Part shown: one piece after another, positions 25,137-36,987 of the stretch | How positions within the stretch are numbered: position 1 is the stretch's first letter | How the letters are laid out: every line of letters begins with the position of its first letter | From: Octopus sinensis | Lineage: Eukaryota | DNA length: 64,000 nt | Direction: 5' to 3' | Assembly (NCBI RefSeq): GCF_006345805.1 | Contig: NC_042999.1 | Location: 109,554,001-109,618,000 of the forward strand | Position numbers and translations under genes: made by a program | Notes under the pieces: generated by a model | Told to the model about the DNA's origin: nothing | Seen by the model: only the letters and a program-made list of their open reading frames with translations | Databases searched by the model: none

Positions 25137-28102
25137 TGTTGATGTATGTTGATGTATGTTGTATGCAAGAAATAAGGTGGAGAGGAGGATCTGCTAGGGT
25201 CCTCACAGGCAAGGGACACAGGTACAAGATTTTCTGGGCAGGGAACACTGACGGGGTTGGTGGCGTGGGTATAATTATCGCTGAGAAATGGATAGATAGA
25301 GTAATTGAGGTAATCAGAGTAAGTGACAGAATACTTAAGATTAGAATAGTGCTTCATAATAGATTAGCAACCATTATATCGGCCTATGCCCCTCAGCCAG
25401 GGCTACCCGATGGACAGAAAGACAGTTTCTATGACACCCTACTGCAGACCACCTCATCGACGAACGACAGGGACCTTCTCTTTGTGGCTGGTGATTTCAA
25501 TGGGCATGTTGGACGACATGCTGGGGGCTTCCATGGCGTACATGGAGGCTACGGTTATGGTTCCCGCAACGAGGAGGGAACCAGGCTGCTGGAGTTCTGC
25601 GATGCGAATAGTCTTATGGTCTGCAACACTAACTTCAGGAAACCAACAAGCCACCTGGTCACCTACCGATCGGGCCGGCATACTAGCCAAATCGACTACA
25701 TCCTTGCCAGAAAAAGGGAAAGATGGCTGCTTAAAAATGCCAAAACCTTCCCAGGTGAAGAATGCACCCCACAACATAGACTGGTAGTTAGTGACTTTAG
25801 GATCAGGACTAAGAGGGCGACTAGAAGACGACCAACATGGAGAAGAAGGGTCTGGAAGCTTAAAGCCCCTGCGAATGGACAGAGATTTAGAGATATGTTA
25901 CTTGAAGCCTTTGACGAAGTGGAAGGGGGTATAGCTACACATGGGGTAGAAGACAACTGGACGTTTCTGAGGGACAACCTGCTGAAAGCCGCTGACCAGA
26001 TCTGTGGCTGGTGCAAAGTCCCCTTAAGACCCAAAATAACGTGGTGGTGGAACAATATTGTTGACAGGGCTATTAGACAAAAGAAACAGGCTTGGAAGGC
26101 CTGGAAGAACGGTGGTAGCAGGGAAGGGTATCAGACTGCCAGAAGGGAAGCTAGGAGACAGGTCTATCTAGCCAGAGGGGAAGCAGATAAGAGAAAATTT
26201 GCCAATGTCCTGCGCCGTGAGGATGAAAGACTTGAGGTATTTCGTGTTGCAAGACAGTGTGTGAGAGAGAATCGTGATGTGGTAGGAGAGAAATGTGTTC
26301 GCATGGAGGATGGTTCACTTGCGCTAAATGAGGATGCAAAGAGAGAAGCTTGGAGACGCCACTATGAAAGGTTACTGAATGAGGAAAATGAATGGGATAA
26401 AGAGAGTCTGCCGAATGTTGACCCTACAGAGGGACCAGCTATCCGAGTTGATAGTTCCGTGGTAGCTAAGGCAATTAGAAGCATGAAGACAGGGAAAGCC
26501 CCAGGCCCATCAGGAATTACTGCAGAGATGCTCAAAATATCTGGCAGTGTCGGCTATAACCTAGTCACCCGTATAGTCAACCAGGTGATACACGAAGGAG
26601 TCATACCCAATGACTGGTGCAGCAGCATACTAGTCAACTGCTACAAAGGTAAAGGTGATGCCCTAGATACAAATAATTACAGAGGTATCAAGCTGTTGGA
26701 TCAAGTAATGAAGGTTACGGAGAGGGTCATAGCCCAACTAATTAGAGAGAGAGTTAGTTTAGATGAGATGCAGTTTGGGTTCGTGCCAGGAAAAAGTACC
26801 ACTGATGCTATATTCCTGGTAAGGCAGCTGCAGGAGAAATACCTAGCCAAAGATAAGCCCCTGTACCTGGCTTTCGTTGACATGGAGAAAGCTTTTGATA
26901 GGGTCCCCCGATCCCTTATCTGGTGGTCAATGAGGAAACTAGGGATAGATGAATGGCTGGTGAGGACTGTGCAAGCCATGTACAGAGATGCCGTAAGTAA
27001 GGTTAGGGTTGGCAACATGTACACAGAAGAATTCAAAGTAGAGGTTGGGGTCCACCAGGGTTCAGTACTCAGCCCCCTCCTATTTATCATAGTACTCCAG
27101 GCAATTACGGAGGAATTCAAGACAGGCTGTCCCTGGGAGCTCCTCTACGCTGACGACCTTGCTCTTATTGCTGAGTCACTATCAGAACTGGAGGAGAAGT
27201 TCCAGGTGTGGAAGGAGGGTTTAGAATCAAGGGGCCTTAGAGTCAACCTAGCTAAAACCAAAGTACTAATAAGTAGAAAGGTAGACAATCCACAAATATC
27301 TTCAGGAAGATGGCCCTGCTCGATCTGTAGAAAAGGTGTAGGTAGAAACTCTATAAGATGTACCCAGTGTAAGCTATGGACACATAAGAGGTGCAGCAAT
27401 GTCAAAGGTAGGCTAACTGGGAAGATAGTTTTTGTATGTGGCAGATGCTCGGGAGCATTAACCTCCGAAAATCTGCAGAAAACAACTTCCGTCACTTTCC
27501 AGGGGGAAAAACTAGAAGTAGTTGATAGCTTCCGTTATCTAGGTGACCAAGTCAGTAGTGGGGGTGGGTGCGCTGAAAGTGTAACTGCTAGAATAAGAAT
27601 AGCCTGGGCAAAGTTTAGGGAGCTCTTACCTCTGCTGGTGACTAAAGGCCTCTCGCTCAGAGTAAAAGGCAGACTGTATGATGCGTGTGTACGAACAGCC
27701 ATGCTACATGGCAGCGAAACATGGGCTGTGACTGCTGAGGACATGCGTAAGCTCGTGAGGAATGAAGCCAGTATGCTCCGATGGATGTGTAATGTCAGTG
27801 TACATACTCGACAGAGCGTTAGCACCTTGAGAGAAATGTTGTACCTAAGAAGCATCAGTTGTGGTGTGCAAGAGAGACGATTGCGCTGGTATGGTCATGT
27901 GGCGAGAATGGATGAAGATAGGTGTGTGAGAAAGTGCCAATCCCTAGCAGTTGAGGGAACCCGTGGAAGAGGTAGACCCAGGAAAACCTGGGACGAGGTG
28001 GTGAAGCACGACCTTCGAACTTTAGGCCTCACTGAGGAAATGACCAGAGACCGAGACCTTTGGAAATATTCTGTACGTGAGAAGACCAGGCAGGACAAGT
28101 GA
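25136..28102 (+). CDS. RTE-clade non-LTR retrotransposon ORF (APE endonuclease + RT + inserted PHD-like finger), 5'-truncated
   Basis: APE motifs QE, GVG, YAP, GDFNGHVG, QIDYIL, HRLV; RT motifs KAPGPSG, NYRGIKLL, QFGF, AFVDMEKAFD, GVHQGSVLSPLLF, YADD, FRYLG; RTE C-terminal RLRWYGHV..RGRGRPRKTW. The first APE motif is absent and the start abuts (TA)n. Confidence 0.96.
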
Positions 28103-28187
28103 GCCCAGCCCACTTATGAATGCCTTTCCTCCCTTGGACACAAAGACCGGTTGAGGCAAGCGAAGTCGATATAGAACCTCATCCGAC

Positions 28188-28637
28188 GACAGACACCCAT
28201 CCCAACCCCCCATGCCTGCGAAGACATGTTGGGGCAAGCGAAATCGAAACCGAATTGAACCAGCCAGGATCCCTGGCCTGGTGGTACGTAAAAAGCACTA
28301 TCCGACTCGGGGCCGTGGCACGTAAAATACTCCAATGCGACCGTACGACAGGCACCCATGCCAACCCCCTTTGCTTGTGAAGACATGTTGGGGCAAGCGA
28401 AATCGAAATCGAATTGAACCAGCCAGGATCCCTGGTCTGGTGGTACGTAAAGCACTATCCGACTCGTGGCCGTGGCACGTAAAATACTCCAATGCGACCG
28501 TACGACAGGCACCCTTGCCAACCCCCTTTGCTTGTGAAGACATGTTGGGGCAAGCGAAATCGAAATCGAAATCGAATTGAACCAGCCAGGATCCCTGGTC
28601 TGGTGGTACGTAAAAAGCACTATCCGACTCGTGGCCG
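28188..28637 (+). repeat. ~158-bp tandem repeat (~2.8 units) in the RTE 3' UTR
   Basis: aagacatgttggggcaagcg at 28221, 28380 and 28537. Confidence 0.9.
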
Positions 28638-29216
28638 ATGCCAGCACCGCCTCGACTGGCTTCCGTGCCGGTGGCACATAAAATACACCAATCTGACCGT
28701 GGCCGTTGCCAGCCCCGCCTGGCACCTGTGCAGGTGGCACGTAAAAAGCACCCACTACACTCACGGAGTGGTTGGCGTTAGGAAGGGCATCCAGCTGTAG
28801 AAACATTGCCAAATTAGACTGGAGCCTGGTGCAGCCTTCTGGCTTCCCAGAACCCCGGTCGAACCGTCCAACCCATGCTAGCATGGAGAACGGACGTTAA
28901 ACGACGATGATGATGATGATGATAGAGAGAGAGAGAGAGAGAGAGATAGAGAGTCACAATGAGATTATTCAAACCTCTTATAGGGATATCTATCTAAGAT
29001 GCACTGGTTTAATACATTATATCTTGAAGAGATATTTCTTTAATGAATATATTATATAAAATGTCTTAAAATAGCAAACATTATCATCGAATTAGAAAGC
29101 AGAGAGATCTAATGGATACAAATCAATTTTTTAATTAATCAACATACACACATAATAAATATGTCTATATATTCTGAGTATTCTAAACATATCCTAATGT
29201 AATCATTATTGTCCTT

Positions 29217-29328
29217 CATATACCCTGATAATTTTCCATAAAGGTATTTAAAATGCAATATTATATATTTATATATGTTTTCTGATTTTAATTTCGTTTA
29301 TGAAACGAAACAAGTCTAGGTGAATATG
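29217..29328 (+). ncRNA. Degenerate hammerhead-like motif (duplicate at 33758-33869)
   Basis: catatacc CTGATAA ttttccataaa..tttatgaaac GAAA caag TC taggtgaatatg; one core mismatch and an imperfect stem III. Confidence 0.4.
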
Positions 29329-29385
29329 TTGATTAATTAATAAATTAATTTGTATCCATTAAACCTCTGTTTTCTAACTTGATAG

Positions 29386-29630
29386 TCATCATCATCATTG
29401 TTTAACGTCTGCTTTCCATGCTGACATGGGTTGGATGGTTTGACTGAGGACTGGTGAGCCAGAGGCTGCACCAGTCTCAATCTGATCTGGCAATGCCCTT
29501 GCTCAAAAGGTGTTTTTTACATGCTACCTGCAGGGAGCCAGTCTGGCAGCAGCACTGGCAACGACCATACTTGAATATTGTTTTTCATGTGCCACCAGTA
29601 TATGTGCTGGTAAGGCAACACTGGCAGGAT
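29386..29630 (-). mobile_element. RTE 3' terminal fragment (duplicate at 33927-34171)
   Basis: (CAT)n-gtttaacgtctgctttccatgc.., the reverse complement of the RTE tail. Confidence 0.85.
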
Positions 29631-29678
29631 ATATGTATGTGTGTATATATATATATATTATATATATATATAATATAT

Positions 29679-32600
29679 AGATGTTGATGTATGTTTGATG
29701 TTGTTGTATGCAAGAAATAAGGTGGAGAGGAGGATCTGCTAGGGTCCTCACAGGCAAGGGACACAGGTACAAGATTTTCTGGGCAGGGAACACTGACGGG
29801 GTTGGTGGCGTGGGTATAATTATCGCTGAGAAATGGATAGATAGAGTAATTGAGGTAATCAGAGTAAGTGACAGAATACTTAAGATTAGAATAGTGCTTC
29901 ATAATAGATTAGCAACCATTATATCGGCCTATGCCCCTCAGCCAGGGCTACCCGATGGACAGAAAGACAGTTTCTATGACACCCTACTGCAGACCACCTC
30001 ATCGACGAACGACAGGGACCTTCTCTTTGTGGCTGGTGATTTCAATGGGCATGTTGGACGACATGCTGGGGGCTTCCATGGCGTACATGGAGGCTACGGT
30101 TATGGTTCCCGCAACGAGGAGGGACCAGGCTGCTGGAGTTCTGCGATGCGAATAGTCTTATGGTCTGCAACACTAACTTCAGGAAACCAACAAGCCACCT
30201 GGTCACCTACCGATCGGGCCGGCATACTAGCCAAATCGACTACATCCTTGCCAGAAAAAGGGAAAGATGGCTGCTTAAAAATGCCAAAACCTTCCCAGGT
30301 GAAGAATGCACCCCACAACATAGACTGGTAGTTAGTGACTTTAGGATCAGGACTAAGAGGGCGACTAGAAGACGACCAACATGGAGAAGAAGGGTCTGGA
30401 AGCTTAAAGCCCCTGCGAATGGACAGAGATTTAGAGATATGTTACTTGAAGCCTTTGACGAAGTGGAAGGGGGTATAGCTACACATGGGGTAGAAGACAA
30501 CTGGACGTTTCTGAGGGACAACCTGCTGAAAGCCGCTGACCAGATCTGTGGCTGGTGCAAAGTCCCCTTAAGACCCAAAATAACGTGGTGGTGGAACAAT
30601 ATTGTTGACAGGGCTATTAGACAAAAGAAACAGGCTTGGAAGGCCTGGAAGAACGGTGGTAGCAGGGAAGGGTATCAGACTGCCAGAAGGGAAGCTAGGA
30701 GACAGGTCTATCTAGCCAGAGGGGAAGCAGATAAGAGAAAATTTGCCAATGTCCTGCGCCGTGAGGATGAAAGACTTGAGGTATTTCGTGTTGCAAGACA
30801 GTGTGTGAGAGAGAATCGTGATGTGGTAGGAGAGAAATGTGTTCGCATGGAGGATGGTTCACTTGCGCTAAATGAGGATGCAAAGAGAGAAGCTTGGAGA
30901 CGCCACTATGAAAGGTTACTGAATGAGGAAAATGAATGGGATAAAGAGAGTCTGCCGAATGTTGACCCTACAGAGGGACCAGCTATCCGAGTTGATAGTT
31001 CCGTGGTAGCTAAGGCAATTAGAAGCATGAAGACAGGGAAAGCCCCAGGCCCATCAGGAATTACTGCAGAGATGCTCAAAATATCTGGCAGTGTCGGCTA
31101 TAACCTAGTCACCCGTATAGTCAACCAGGTGATACACGAAGGAGTCATACCCAATGACTGGTGCAGCAGCATACTAGTCAACTGCTACAAAGGTAAAGGT
31201 GATGCCCTAGATACAAATAATTACAGAGGTATCAAGCTGTTGGATCAAGTAATGAAGGTTACGGAGAGGGTCATAGCCCAACTAATTAGAGAGAGAGTTA
31301 GTTTAGATGAGATGCAGTTTGGGTTCGTGCCAGGAAAAAGTACCACTGATGCTATATTCCTGGTAAGGCAGCTGCAGGAGAAATACCTAGCCAAAGATAA
31401 GCCCCTGTACCTGGCTTTCGTTGACATGGAGAAAGCTTTTGATAGGGTCCCCCGATCCCTTATCTGGTGGTCAATGAGGAAACTAGGGATAGATGAATGG
31501 CTGGTGAGGACTGTGCAAGCCATGTACAGAGATGCCGTAAGTAAGGTTAGGGTTGGCAACATGTACACAGAAGAATTCAAAGTAGAGGTTGGGGTCCACC
31601 AGGGTTCAGTACTCAGCCCCCTCCTATTTATCATAGTACTCCAGGCAATTACGGAGGAATTCAAGACAGGCTGTCCCTGGGAGCTCCTCTACGCTGACGA
31701 CCTTGCTCTTATTGCTGAGTCACTATCAGAACTGGAGGAGAAGTTCCAGGTGTGGAAGGAGGGTTTAGAATCAAGGGGCCTTAGAGTCAACCTAGCTAAA
31801 ACCAAAGTACTAATAAGTAGAAAGGTAGACAATCCACAAATATCTTCAGGAAGATGGCCCTGCTCGATCTGTAGAAAAGGTGTAGGTAGAAACTCTATAA
31901 GATGTACCCAGTGTAAGCTATGGACACATAAGAGGTGCAGCAATGTCAAAGGTAGGCTAACTGGGAAGATAGTTTTTGTATGTGGCAGATGCTCGGGAGC
32001 ATTAACCTCCGAAAATCTGCAGAAAACAACTTCCGTCACTTTCCAGGGGGAAAAACTAGAAGTAGTTGATAGCTTCCGTTATCTAGGTGACCAAGTCAGT
32101 AGTGGGGGTGGGTGCGCTGAAAGTGTAACTGCTAGAATAAGAATAGCCTGGGCAAAGTTTAGGGAGCTCTTACCTCTGCTGGTGACTAAAGGCCTCTCGC
32201 TCAGAGTAAAAGGCAGACTGTATGATGCGTGTGTACGAACAGCCATGCTACATGGCAGCGAAACATGGGCTGTGACTGCTGAGGACATGCGTAAGCTCGT
32301 GAGGAATGAAGCCAGTATGCTCCGATGGATGTGTAATGTCAGTGTACATACTCGACAGAGCGTTAGCACCTTGAGAGAAATGTTGTACCTAAGAAGCATC
32401 AGTTGTGGTGTGCAAGAGAGACGATTGCGCTGGTATGGTCATGTGGCGAGAATGGATGAAGATAGGTGTGTGAGAAAGTGCCAATCCCTAGCAGTTGAGG
32501 GAACCCGTGGAAGAGGTAGACCCAGGAAAACCTGGGACGAGGTGGTGAAGCACGACCTTCGAACTTTAGGCCTCACTGAGGAAATGACCAGAGACCGAGA

Positions 32601-33467
32601 CCTTTGGAAATATTCTGTACGTGAGAAGACCAGGCAGGACAAGTGAGCCCAGCCCACTTATGAATGCCTTTCCTCCCTTGGACACAAAGACCGGTTGAGG
32701 CAAGCGAAGTCGATATAGAACCTCATCCGACGACAGACACCCATCCCAACCCCCCATGCCTGCGAAGACATGTTGGGGCAAGTGAAATCGAAACCGAATT
32801 GAACCAGCCAGGATCCCTGGCCTGGTGGTACGTAAAAAGCACTATCCGACTCGGGGCCGTGGCACGTAAAATACTCCAATGCGACCGTACGACAGGCACC
32901 CATGCCAACCCCCTTTGCTTGTGAAGACATGTTGGGGCAAGCGAAATCGAAATCGAATTGAACCAGCCAGGATCCCTGGTCTGGTGGTACGTAAAGCACT
33001 ATCCGACTCGTGGCCGTGGCACGTAAAATACTCCAATGCGACCGTACGACAGGCACCCTTGCCAACCCCCTTTGCTTGTGAAGACATGTTGGGGCAAGCG
33101 AAATCGAAATCGAAATCGAATTGAACCAGCCAGGATCCCTGGTCTGGTGGTACGTAAAAAGCACTATCCGACTCGTGGCCGATGCCAGCACCGCCTCGAC
33201 TGGCTTCCGTGCCGGTGGCACATAAAATACACCAATCTGACCGTGGCCGTTGCCAGCCCCGCCTGGCACCTGTGCAGGTGGCACGTAAAAAGCACCCACT
33301 ACACTCACGGAGTGGTTGGCGTTAGGAAGGGCATCCAGCTGTAGAAACATTGCCAAATTAGACTGGAGCCTGGTGCAGCCTTCTGGCTTCCCAGAACCCC
33401 GGTCGAACCGTCCAACCCATGCTAGCATGGAGAACGGACGTTAAACGACGATGATGATGATGATGAT
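29679..33467 (+). mobile_element. RTE LINE copy 2
   Basis: Near-identical to copy 1 at an offset of 4544-4545 bp. Confidence 0.93.
29708..32646 (+). pseudogene. RTE ORF copy 2, frameshifted by a 1-bp deletion at ~30124
   Basis: gggaacc in copy 1 versus gggacc here splits the ORF into 29708-30331 and 30160-32646; the protein is otherwise the same. Confidence 0.9.
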
Positions 33468-34175
33468 AGAGAGAGAGAGAGAGAGAGATAGAGAGTCACA
33501 ATGAGATTATTCAAACCTCTTATAGGGATATCTATCTAAGATGCACTGGTTTAATACATATATCTTGAAGAGATATTTCTTTAATGAATATATTATATAA
33601 AATGTCTTAAAATAGCAAACATTATCATCGAATTAGAAAGCAGAGAGATCTAATGGATACAAATCAATTTTTTAATTAATCAACATACACACATAATAAA
33701 TATGTCTATATATTCTGAGTATTCTAAACATATCCTAATGTAATCATTATTGTCCTTCATATACCCTGATAATTTTCCATAAAGGTATTTAAAATGCAAT
33801 ATTATATATTTATATATGTTTTCTGATTTTAATTTCGTTTATGAAACGAAACAAGTCTAGGTGAATATGTTGATTAATTAATAAATTAATTTGTATCCAT
33901 TAAACCTCTGTTTTCTAACTTGATAGTCATCATCATCATTGTTTAACGTCTGCTTTCCATGCTGACATGGGTTGGATGGTTTGACTGAGGACTGGTGAGC
34001 CAGAGGCTGCACCAGTCTCAATCTGATCTGGCAATGCCCTTGCTCAAAAGGTGTTTTTTACATGCTACCTGCAGGGAGCCAGTCTGGCAGCAGCACTGGC
34101 AACGACCATACTTGAATATTGTTTTTCATGTGCCACCAGTATATGTGCTGGTAAGGCAACACTGGCAGGATATAT

Positions 34176-34216
<41 letters not shown>

Positions 34217-34345
34217 TAAAAGGAATTCCAACCTTGTCTGATTTTCACGTTTTATTTACAATCTTATAATGATATAATATAGGATAATATAATATAATAA
34301 AATAAAATAAAATAAAATAATAGAATGTTAAATGTTCATTCTGAT

Positions 34346-34390
34346 TGAACTAGTACTTTCATGCATTAAATTATGCAATCTTCAGGTTCA
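34346..34390 (-). ncRNA. Minimal type I hammerhead ribozyme
   Basis: Reverse complement: tgaac CTGAAGA ttgcat aattta atgcat GAAA gtac TA gttca; intact core, palindromic AGTACT stem III, first stem II pair mismatched. Confidence 0.72.
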
Positions 34391-36892
34391 TGTAGTAGTG
34401 GTGACAGTCATGCTCCACAATTTTTGACTGTAGCGAGATGGTTAAATCTGTGCCTTAAATACACCTGTGTAGGCTCCAGATTGCTAGGTTTTGCAAACTG
34501 TATTCTGACCAATCAGTGTGTAGCATCACTCAATTACTTAAGCTGATTGGTTTAGGCTTGATAAAATGGGGTTGATAAAATAAGTATCAGTCATCCTAAT
34601 GTTGACTTTATCAACTTCTCCCTCCAACAAAAACTACTGGTTCTGTACCAAGATTTGAAACCATAGTTAGATTTGAATTTACATTAGGTTTTCTAATACA
34701 ACTTGTACATAAATATATATTAATTATTTAATTCTACCCTAATAAATGCATGATACCAATTTGCATGATACTAATACATTGATGTCATTTTTCTTGTATC
34801 TTGATTCAGAAAGGGGTTCAGGTATGTTATCTAACCTTAAATTTATTAAAGATTAAACCTGTATACATCTTAGTAGAATTTGGTGCTTTTATCTCACATT
34901 TACATACTATGTTGTAGGTCATATGATTATTTTTCAAAGAATATTTGCTGGTTTTATACAGTCAGAAATGGTTTCATTTCCAACTACTGTATTTTGTTTC
35001 TTTGAATTTACTATGTTGGAGACATAATGTTCTCCATTAAGTGTATGGAGCAAGATAGATTTACACTTATTTTTATATGAGTATACCAGTTTCTCAAGTA
35101 CCAGGATCAACAACCAAAAGGACTGCCTGAATGTTGGTAAAAAAAAAGAAAAAGACAGGCACATGCAATTTGCTCCCATTGAATTTAAATCACAGCTGTA
35201 AAGCACCAAGTGTCTGCTGCATTTCCTTTTAAATGAATCTTTTAAACAATTTTGTCAGTTTTAAGAACAACAATAAGATTAGTTTCAGTTCTAACAGAAA
35301 ATATTTCTCTAATTGAGTCAATTTGCAAGTGAAAAAATATAGACATTATAATAGAAATTATATATAAAGCTTCCATTCTCTCATTGATTATCTACAAATA
35401 AAAAAGTAAGTTGTATCATTATTTACTTTGTCCCTTTTATTTTATCATAAAGTTTATGTTCACATATAATCAAATATTTAGTTAATCAAAAATTACAGAG
35501 TAATGGACATATCTCACAAGTTTTCCTTCTTTTTCTTTTCTTTTATTTTTCTTCATGTAAAACTGGCTGAAATTAAAGACTGAGTATTCTTAAGATAGTT
35601 CTTGTAAGAAACAAGGCTTAGTTAAGCTAGACAAATAATTGGTTATCAACAACTTAAATAATAATGATATTTCCCTTTGCAGCTCTTCCTTTGTACTACA
35701 GTTAAATTTCTTCATCATATGTAAAATTACTACCTGTTAAATTGGTATATTTGAGTACAAACAGCTTTATTTCTTGCCAATTAATTTGTTTAACTGTGTT
35801 CAACAAAACTAATTTCATTATTTGTTTCAGTTCCTGTTAAGAAATTACTATTTTTCTTTTTCATTCATCATTTTGGTTTATCAGGCACATTGCAAAATCA
35901 TGAACTCCAAGTGTTGGGTGTTATGCGTTGCATTATCATGCTTAATAAAACTGTTTGATTTTATCTACATTTTAAATAAACCAAATTCTTCATGGAGATA
36001 GGGAAAATACTACACTTCAGTCTTTCAAGTGCATGTCTCTAAAGATTGCTGTTTTAGCAAACACTAATTCCAGAGAAGATATCAGAGTATAAGATACTGG
36101 ATTATAAAAATCAATGCTATACATGTTACTGCTTAGGTACTGATCATCCTGGATCCAGCAGACTTATGAACAAAGGTACCCCAGCCTAGATTATCCCATC
36201 TTTTATTCATATACCATGTCACAAGAACTACAATAGCTAATGTAACCTTGTAAAAAAGACTGTAAGAGGTGATTTGGGCAGGATTTAGCTAGTACTTCAA
36301 GCTTGTCAAGTTATCTTGTAGAGGTTTCCTCACTGGCTCAGCGAAAGAATCAAAAGCCTGCTTAGTTTCTTCTCTCTGTAATCAAATTAATTGCTTGGTG
36401 AGCAAGCAGAATCAGATAAAATGTTAAGCAGCATTTTTTGCAGCTCTTTATGCTGCAAGTTCAGATCCTGCTGAGGTCAGCTTTATCATTCACTCCTTTG
36501 AAGACGAAAAAATTTATGTAAATACTAATTAAAATGCCAATAAAAAGTAAATGCCAATTTACCAGACTTATACTTTCACATAAAATTGGAATAAATTTTT
36601 TATTATCAAACTCTACCACCAGAAACATTCTACAAATAAGAAAAATAAGTTTGATGTATTAATGTCCAATATTGCTTACAGAAGGAAAAAAGGAATGTTA
36701 AAAAACCAATCCTAAGAAGGTGGTGCATTTTTTTGAAGGATGAAAACTAGAAGAAAGGTTCAAAAACTTTAGTCAGTTAAATTCTCATAGGATTAGATTT
36801 ATATTTTACAAAATACTGGATTATAGGTATTTTTGTTTCCAGTTTAAAAATGAAACTAGTTTATATAAATAAGTGGGGGATAAATATTACCT

Positions 36893-36987
36893 TATGGTAT
36901 CAATATTGCTTCTGTCACTATTATTTTTTTTAAAGCCTGTATGGTATCAATATTGCTTCTGTCACTATTATTTTTTTAAAAGCCTGT
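36893..36987 (+). repeat. ~47-bp tandem duplication
   Basis: tatggtatcaatattgcttctgtcactattattttttt..aaagcctg occurs twice. Confidence 0.9.

Larger units (their letters stand above)
25135..28923 (+). mobile_element. RTE LINE copy 1 (ORF + 3' UTR + (GAT)n tail)
   Basis: ORF followed by an ~820-bp UTR ending cgttaaacgac(GAT)n; inserted between (TA)n and (GA)n. Confidence 0.93.

Noticed and set aside
28372-28412. GTGAAGA..GAAA hammerhead-like words in the UTR repeat
   Set aside because: Core lacks C3, and stems II and III cannot form.
28114-28884. 256-aa antisense ORF in the RTE 3' UTR
   Set aside because: Explained by GC-rich tandem repeats read in shifting frames; no domain signature.
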